From: Rhodothermales bacterium
Lineage (GTDB): Bacteria; Bacteroidota; Rhodothermia; Rhodothermales; VXPQ01
Direction: 5' to 3'
Assembly (NCBI GenBank): GCA_040904565.1
Contig: JBBDTI010000074.1
Coordinates: forward strand, 3,619 to 20,737
Length of the DNA: 17,119 bases
Under the pieces are notes generated by a model that did not search any database, was not told the DNA's origin, and saw nothing but the letters and a program-made list of their open reading frames with translations. How positions within the stretch are numbered: the first letter of the stretch is position 1; each line of letters starts with the position of its first letter. Positions 1 through 5,181 of the stretch are shown here, in pieces. Both the position numbers and the translations under genes were made by a program.

Positions 1-7
1 ACGCGGC

Positions 8-1828
8 TTAGTTGCCGATCCATACGCTCTTGTTGATCGTTCCCGACGGCGTCGCCCCGTTGATCGTACGCCCGCTTTCCTGGAACGCAGACACGACCTG
101 ATCGGGTGTGGCTGTCGGATGGTTCGCCAGGTAGACGGCGGCGGCGCCGGAAACCATCGCCGCGGCGGGCGACGTACCCGTCGTCGTCGGTGACTTCGTC
201 GTCGAAGACTCGTGGGTCGAATTCACCGTTTCCAGCTTTTCACCCGGCGCAAGGATGTCGACCATGCTGCCGTAGTTAGAGAAGCTGGAAAAAACATCCG
301 TCTTTCCGTACGAACCCACCGTGATAGCCTTCACGGCATGCGCCGGCGTGTAAGTCGAGGCATCCGTGGCGCCGTTGCCGGCCGATACGACCACGACGAC
401 ACCAGCATCGACGGCGGCATCAACCGCCTCGTCGAGGGAGATATACTCCGTCGTACCGATGTCGGCACCGAGGCTGATGTTCACGACCATGGGCGTCAGC
501 GGGTGCAGGGCTTTACGCTCCACCACGTAGTCCAGTGCGGCGATCACGTAGGCCGACTCCGCCGAACCGTCATCGCTCACGACCTTCATACTGAAAACGT
601 CGACGCCGGGCGCCACGCCTACGATGCCGTCGCTGTCGTCAATGGCCGAAGCGAGTGCCGCGACGTGGGTCCCGTGTCCGTCCGTGTCGTCACCGCCTTC
701 GGCATACGTGCATCCGTCCAGGATCTCGTCGTCGGCGACCTCGCAGTGCGTGAAGTCATAGCGGGCGGCAACGTTGATGTCGTCGCTGCTCACGCCGCTG
801 TCGATGAAATAGACTTCGACGCCCGCGGCATCACGCGTACCGGTCGCACCGATCTTTTCCATGCCCCAGGGCGTGATCTGCTCGGGATCATCGTCGATGA
901 GCGACGGACCGTTTCCTCCTCCGAAGCGAAAGCTCGGCTCCGCATAGCGAACGATGGGATTTACGTTGATGAAGCTGACGAATCGGCTCACGTAGCGGCT
1001 GGGCAGCGAAACGGCTATGCCGTTCATGACGCTAGTAAAGTCCGCGTAGCGCGAAATATACTCCCACCGCGTAAGCAGCTCCTCATACGTCATGCCCCAT
1101 CGCTGCAGCAGCTCGTCGAAGCCCAGCTCCTCCCAGCGCTGCAGCAGCTCGTCACGGGACAGCAGCTCCCAGCGCGAGAGCAGCTCGTCACGCTGCAGCA
1201 GTTCCCACTGCTGGAGATCCTCCAGGCGGCTGAGCAGCTCGTCGCGAGAGAGGAGCTCCCAGCGAGAGAGCAGCTCCCAGCGGGACAGTAACTCTTCGGT
1301 CTGCATCTCTTCCCAACGCGACAGCAGTTCGTCGCGGCTTAACAGCTCGTCACGGCCGAGCAGTTCGTAGCGCTGCAAGAGTTCGAAGCGCTGCAACAGC
1401 TCGTCCATGGACAGGTCTTCCTGCGTGTCGATCAGCTCGTAGCGCTGAAGCAGCTCGAAACGCTGCAAAAGCTCGTAGCGCTGCAACAGCTCGAAACGCT
1501 GCAGCAGTTCCTGCTTCTCCAACTCCGTCGTGGTTTCGTCCATACTGAGGACGAATCCCGTCTCGTACTCGTCCTTACCCACCGAGCGCGTGGCACGGTC
1601 GATCAGGTTCGCGTGACGCAGCTTCGAAACGTCGCCGCGCTTATTGGGCGCGTCGACGGCGTCCGCCGTCGGTGACTCCGGAGCCTCGTCGAGGCCCGCT
1701 ATCTGATCCGTACAACCGGTGAAGGACAGCGTCGCGGCTAGTAGAAACGCGATCGCCGAATACATCGTGGCCCGAAGCCGCGAGGGGCGATCGTCGAACC
1801 GGCTTGGTGTGAATATTGAGTATAACAT
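8..1828 (-). CDS. S8 family (subtilisin-like) serine peptidase, predicted lipoprotein, with a hexapeptide-repeat insertion in an I9-like pro-domain (paralog A)
   Basis: 606-aa ORF. Triad motifs FIDSG (Asp), GHGTHVA (His) and TGTSPAAAMVSG (Ser), oxyanion SAGN, plus NISLG and DILAPG. Hydrophobic signal ends in lipobox-like SFTG-C. I9-like elements (VMNGIAV...VRYAEP) follow the repeats. Confidence 0.93.
   Translation of the reverse strand: MLYSIFTPSRFDDRPSRLRATMYSAIAFLLAATLSFTGCTDQIAGLDEAPESPTADAVDAPNKRGDVSKLRHANLIDRATRSVGKDEYETGFVLSMDETTTELEKQELLQRFELLQRYELLQRFELLQRYELIDTQEDLSMDELLQRFELLQRYELLGRDELLSRDELLSRWEEMQTEELLSRWELLSRWELLSRDELLSRLEDLQQWELLQRDELLSRWELLSRDELLQRWEELGFDELLQRWGMTYEELLTRWEYISRYADFTSVMNGIAVSLPSRYVSRFVSFINVNPIVRYAEPSFRFGGGNGPSLIDDDPEQITPWGMEKIGATGTRDAAGVEVYFIDSGVSSDDINVAARYDFTHCEVADDEILDGCTYAEGGDDTDGHGTHVAALASAIDDSDGIVGVAPGVDVFSMKVVSDDGSAESAYVIAALDYVVERKALHPLTPMVVNISLGADIGTTEYISLDEAVDAAVDAGVVVVVSAGNGATDASTYTPAHAVKAITVGSYGKTDVFSSFSNYGSMVDILAPGEKLETVNSTHESSTTKSPTTTGTSPAAAMVSGAAAVYLANHPTATPDQVVSAFQESGRTINGATPSGTINKSVWIGN
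1046..1510 (-). repeat. Intragenic 18-nt/6-aa tandem repeat, ELL(Q/S)R(W/F/Y/D): 23 units + 5-aa spacer + 2 units
   Basis: Read directly from the translation, ELLQRF...EYISRY (155 aa). At DNA level, recurring gcagcagctc/cagcgctg with synonymous variation. Confidence 0.97.
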
Positions 1829-1891
1829 GGTTTTGCTCGTTTAGGCAGTAGACACGCCGGAATGCCGGCGCCCTAAGAATTTGCTTCCCTA

Positions 1892-1937
1892 CAGGTATCG
1901 CGTATTCGCCGGCCGGCCAAATAGGACGTTTGACCTA
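1892..1937 (-). promoter_or_regulatory. Putative activator-dependent promoter of protease A: TAGG-N8-CCTA palindrome followed by a -35/-10-like block
   Basis: TAGGACGTTTGACCTA at 1922-1937. The block GGTATCGCG-N16-AAATAGG (1894-1925) recurs with identical spacing upstream of paralog B (4084-4115), 66 versus 67 nt from the respective ATGs. Confidence 0.6.
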
Positions 1938-2058
1938 ATTCGCATCGGGTGATCTGGTGAATCTTGCCGCCTGAGGCCCCATCGCAGGCGCTGTAGGCGC
2001 CCGGCCGGCGTGCGGCCCGAAGACTCGTCATGCGCGCACGCGCTCGTACCGGCTGCCC

Positions 2059-2094
2059 AAAAAAAACCGGGCGGCACCTTTCGGTACCGCCCGG
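2059..2094 (-). terminator. Rho-independent terminator after protease B
   Basis: Minus strand reads CCGGGCGG-TACC-GAAA-GGTG-CCGCCCGG followed by T8, about 45 nt downstream of the stop at 2140. Confidence 0.92.
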
Positions 2095-2139
2095 CTGCTC
2101 TCTCTCATCAAGAGCGATGGTTATATCGAAGGAGGGAGT

Positions 2140-4017
2140 TTAGCCCTTCCCCTTCTTTTTCTTCTTTCCCTTTTTATCGTCTTTCTCGTCACCGCCGATC
2201 CACACGGTTTTGTCCGTCGTGCCCTTCGGCGCGTTCTTGACGAGTTTCTCGCCGCTCTGGTCGAGCGCCTTCTCTACGTCCTTGGCGGACGCGTCAGGGT
2301 TCTGGGCGAGATAGACGGCGGCGGCGCCGGCGACCATCGCCGCAGCGGGCGACGTACCCGTGGACGTAGACTTCTGATAGCCGGTAGCGTCGTCCGAACC
2401 GACCGTCTCCAGCTGCTCGCCCGGGGCAAGAATGTCGACCACCTTGCCGTAGTTCGAGAACGTGGAGAACACGTAGTTCTTCCCGTACGAACCGACCGTG
2501 ATCGCGCCCTTGGCGTGCGCCGGCGTGTACGTCTCGGCATCGGTGCTGCCGTTGCCGGCGGACACGACCACGACGACACCTGCCTTGGCAGCCGCATCGA
2601 CGGCCTCGTCGAGGGCGATGTACTCCGTCGTACCGATATCGGCGCCGAGACTGATGTTGGCAACCATCGGCGTAGACGGATTCGTCTTCTTGCGTGCCAT
2701 GATGTAATCGAGCACCTCGATGACGTAGGACGATTCCGCACTACCGTCGTCTCGGACGACCTTCATGCTGTAGACGTTCACGCCCGGGGCCACACCTACC
2801 ACACCATCGTTATCGTCGATGGCGGAGGCGAGTCCGGCCATGTGCGTACCGTGACCGTCCGTGTCCAGCCCGCCCTCTTCGAGCGAACAGTCGTCGAGAA
2901 TGACGTCATCCTCGACCTCACACTGGGTCACGTCGTAGCGAGCCGCGACGTTGACGTCCGAGCTGCTCACGCCGCTGTCGATCATGTAGAGCTCGACGCC
3001 GTCGGCATGACGCCCATCCTCGGCGCCTATGTACTCGAGACCCCACGGCGTGATCTGGCTCCCGTCGCCGTTGAGCACGGGACCCGGATTGCCGATATTG
3101 AACCCGATGTCGGGCTCGGCCCACGACACGTGCGGCTGACGCTGGATAAAGCTCGCAAAGAGTCCGACGAGTCGACTCGGCATACGCACGGCGATGCCGT
3201 TGAAGACCTCGTTGTAGTTGCCGTAGCGCTGCAGCAGCTCCCACCGCTGCAAGAGCTCGTCGAACGTGAGTCCCCATCGCTGGAGCAGCTCGTCATAACC
3301 GAGCTTCTCCCAGCGCTGCAGCAGTTCGTCCTGATCGAGCTTATTCCATCGCTGGAGCAGCTCCCAGCGCTGAAGCAACTCCCAGCGCTGCAGCAGCTCG
3401 AGGCGATACACCAGCTGCCAGCGAGACAGCAGCTCCCAACGCTGCAGCAGCTCCCAACGCTGAAGCAACTCATCACGCTGTAGAAGCTCCCAGCGCTGCA
3501 GCAGCTCGTCGCGCGTCAACAGCTCGTCGCGGCCCAGCAGCTCGTAGCGCTGTAGCAACTCCCAGCGCTGAAGCAGCTCGTCACGCTGTAACAGTTCGTC
3601 ACGGCCGAGCAGCTCGAAACGCTGCAAGAGCTCGAAGCGCTGCAAGAGCTCGAAGCGCTGCAACAGCTCGAAGCGCTGGAGCAATTCCTGCTTCTCAAGG
3701 TCGGTCGTGTTGGAATGCAGGCCCAGGATGATGCCCGTCGATTCGCCGTTCTTGCTCGTGTGGACCGTCGCGCGGTCCATCAGGTTGGCGTGGCGAAGTT
3801 TCGTGATCGGTTCCATCTTGGAAGATACGTCCGGGATGTCCGAGTCGACCGCGGTCGTCTCAGATCCCCCGGCATCTTCAAGACCGGCGACCTGATCGGT
3901 ACAGCCCGTAAACGAAAGGACCGCAGCGAGCAGGAATGCAATCGCCGAATATAACGTCGCTCGAAGTCGCGTAAAGCGATCCTCCGAGGTCCTTGGGATG
4001 GATAGTGAGTTACGCAT
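2140..4017 (-). CDS. S8 family (subtilisin-like) serine peptidase, predicted lipoprotein, with hexapeptide-repeat pro-domain insertion and Lys-rich C-terminal tail (paralog B)
   Basis: Motifs MIDSG, GHGTHMA, SAGN, TGTSPAAAMVAG and lipobox-like SFTG-C. Start moved from 4161 to ATG 4017 because the N-terminus then aligns with paralog A (…RLRAT[ML]YSAIAFLLAA) and both ATGs share upstream AACGAGCAA. Confidence 0.93.
   Translation of the reverse strand: MRNSLSIPRTSEDRFTRLRATLYSAIAFLLAAVLSFTGCTDQVAGLEDAGGSETTAVDSDIPDVSSKMEPITKLRHANLMDRATVHTSKNGESTGIILGLHSNTTDLEKQELLQRFELLQRFELLQRFELLQRFELLGRDELLQRDELLQRWELLQRYELLGRDELLTRDELLQRWELLQRDELLQRWELLQRWELLSRWQLVYRLELLQRWELLQRWELLQRWNKLDQDELLQRWEKLGYDELLQRWGLTFDELLQRWELLQRYGNYNEVFNGIAVRMPSRLVGLFASFIQRQPHVSWAEPDIGFNIGNPGPVLNGDGSQITPWGLEYIGAEDGRHADGVELYMIDSGVSSSDVNVAARYDVTQCEVEDDVILDDCSLEEGGLDTDGHGTHMAGLASAIDDNDGVVGVAPGVNVYSMKVVRDDGSAESSYVIEVLDYIMARKKTNPSTPMVANISLGADIGTTEYIALDEAVDAAAKAGVVVVVSAGNGSTDAETYTPAHAKGAITVGSYGKNYVFSTFSNYGKVVDILAPGEQLETVGSDDATGYQKSTSTGTSPAAAMVAGAAAVYLAQNPDASAKDVEKALDQSGEKLVKNAPKGTTDKTVWIGGDEKDDKKGKKKKKGKG
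3223..3687 (-). repeat. Intragenic 18-nt/6-aa tandem repeat, ELLQR(W/F/Y/D): 23 units + 5-aa spacer + 2 units
   Basis: Read directly from the translation, ELLQRF...ELLQRY (155 aa). Confidence 0.97.
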
Positions 4018-4081
4018 AGTATTGCTCGTTAATGAACGTTGTGCGCGGATGTAGACCGGCACGGCAGATTTACTCGTATCC

Positions 4082-4127
4082 AGGGTATCGCGGACTCCCG
4101 ACGCGCCTAAATAGGCAACTCGACCGG
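4082..4127 (-). promoter_or_regulatory. Putative promoter of protease B, homologous to 1892-1937, with a degenerate box TAGG-N8-CCGG
   Basis: GGTATCGCG(4084-4092)-N16-AAATAGG(4109-4115). On the minus strand TTAGGC-N17-TACCCT, versus TTGGCC-N17-TACCTG for paralog A. Confidence 0.58.
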
Positions 4128-4179
4128 TTTTCTCGTCAGACCTGCTGAAATACGGGTGCACAAAAGTGCCTATACCACG

Positions 4180-4195
4180 TAGGTAGAATCACCTA
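4180..4195. promoter_or_regulatory. TAGG-N8-CCTA palindromic box (candidate response-regulator site)
   Basis: TAGGTAGAATCACCTA, with the same geometry as the boxes at 1922 and 4475. Confidence 0.55.
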
Positions 4196-4474
4196 GACAG
4201 GAAAGGGCAAGGCCGAAAAGACGGTTGCTCTCCCGTCCGTCCTTCAGCCTTACCCTTTTGATAGATCGCGTTGCGCAGACTATATCGTCACCCTCAGCGC
4301 ACGATCCATCAACCTGTCTTGTCCAGGTTCGCCGGGCGCCCGGGTCGCGTGGACCCTTCGACGCGCCGACAATTATAGTATCGTGGGATGCGGGCCCGAT
4401 GTATATAGGCCGAAGAACGGAAATCGCGGGGCCGTTTTGCCGGTTCTTGGACGGATCGAACTACCCACGGCGCC

Positions 4475-4490
4475 TAGGTAGCGATGCCTA
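4475..4490. promoter_or_regulatory. TAGG-N8-CCTA palindromic box (candidate response-regulator site)
   Basis: TAGGTAGCGATGCCTA. Shares TAGGTAG with the box at 4180 and lies 22 nt downstream of the regulator's stop codon. Confidence 0.5.
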
Positions 4491-4512
4491 CTACATGGCA
4501 CCAATTCATTCC

Positions 4513-5169
4513 TCAGGCCGCCTTCCGCTCGGAAAACCACTGGATGGCGAACCGGTCGAGCTCGGACGTGCTGTCGAGATCTAGCTTGCGCTTCATATTC
4601 TCCCGGTGTGAGTTGACGGTCTTCGGACTCACGTGCAGCGCCTCGGCGATCTGACGCGGCTTATATCCCTGACCGATCAGCTCCAGCACCTCCATCTCCC
4701 GCTCGCTGAGCTCAGAGACTTTCTCGTCGTCGCTTTCTTCGTCGGAGGCCAGCGATCGTGCCAGCACGTCCATCATGTTCTCGCCGATGTACACTTTTCC
4801 GGACAGCACGCGTCGGATCGCGTCGGCCAGACGCTGAATGGACTCTTTTTTATTGACGAACCCCTTCGCGCCGGATTTCAATACCTTCTCGAGGTAGTCC
4901 GGCGCGTCGTGCATGGAGACGACCAGCACCGGCAGGTCCGGCCAGCGTTCGTGAATGGTTTCGATAAGATCGAGACCGCTCTCCCCATCCAGAACCAGAT
5001 CCACGAGTACGATGTCCGGCAGCTCCTTCTCGAGCAGCTCGAGCGCACCCGCACTGTTTTCCGCCTCGCCGGTCACGGAGAGATCCTCCTCGCGGTTGAG
5101 CAGGCGGCTCACGCCATGGCGTACGATCGGATGATCGTCTACGATAAAAACGCGGGCTTTGTCGGGCAT
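4513..5169 (-). CDS. NarL/FixJ-family DNA-binding response regulator (REC + LuxR-type HTH)
   Basis: VFIVDDHPIVR, phospho-acceptor in IVLVDLVL, VVSMH, GAKGFVNK, and HTH LSEREMEVLELIGQG...IAEALHVSPKTVNSHRENMKRKL. Confidence 0.97.
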   Translation of the reverse strand: MPDKARVFIVDDHPIVRHGVSRLLNREEDLSVTGEAENSAGALELLEKELPDIVLVDLVLDGESGLDLIETIHERWPDLPVLVVSMHDAPDYLEKVLKSGAKGFVNKKESIQRLADAIRRVLSGKVYIGENMMDVLARSLASDEESDDEKVSELSEREMEVLELIGQGYKPRQIAEALHVSPKTVNSHRENMKRKLDLDSTSELDRFAIQWFSERKAA

Positions 5170-5181
5170 GTCTTCAGCGTG

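Noticed and set aside
212-1291. 359-aa plus-strand ORF (also 2515-3483, 4633-5193, 5194-6066, 6166-6921, 7509-8333)
   Set aside because: Antisense shadows of well-supported minus-strand genes, expected from high-GC codon bias, with no recognisable motifs.
1046-1510. 18-nt periodic repeats as a CRISPR array or non-coding VNTR
   Set aside because: No unique spacers and no cas genes. The repeats are in frame and vary synonymously, so they are a protein repeat.
3027-3698. Cys/Ser-rich alternative-frame ORFs (SCCSAG repeats) as RiPP or metallothionein-like precursors
   Set aside because: These are frame-shifted readings of the ELLQRW array. Synonymous variation favours the protease frame, and no modifying enzymes are nearby.
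4018-4161. 48-aa N-terminal extension of protease B in the ORF track
   Set aside because: It overlaps the conserved promoter block, and paralog alignment supports ATG 4017.
4197-4240. AGGGCAA...GAAA hairpin as a c-di-GMP-I riboswitch
   Set aside because: Lacks the GACGCAAA junction and second stem, and is on the strand opposite the protease mRNA.
4225-4584. 119-aa plus-strand ORF in the regulator-protease gap
   Set aside because: TTG start, no protein-like features, and overlaps the regulator's 3' end.
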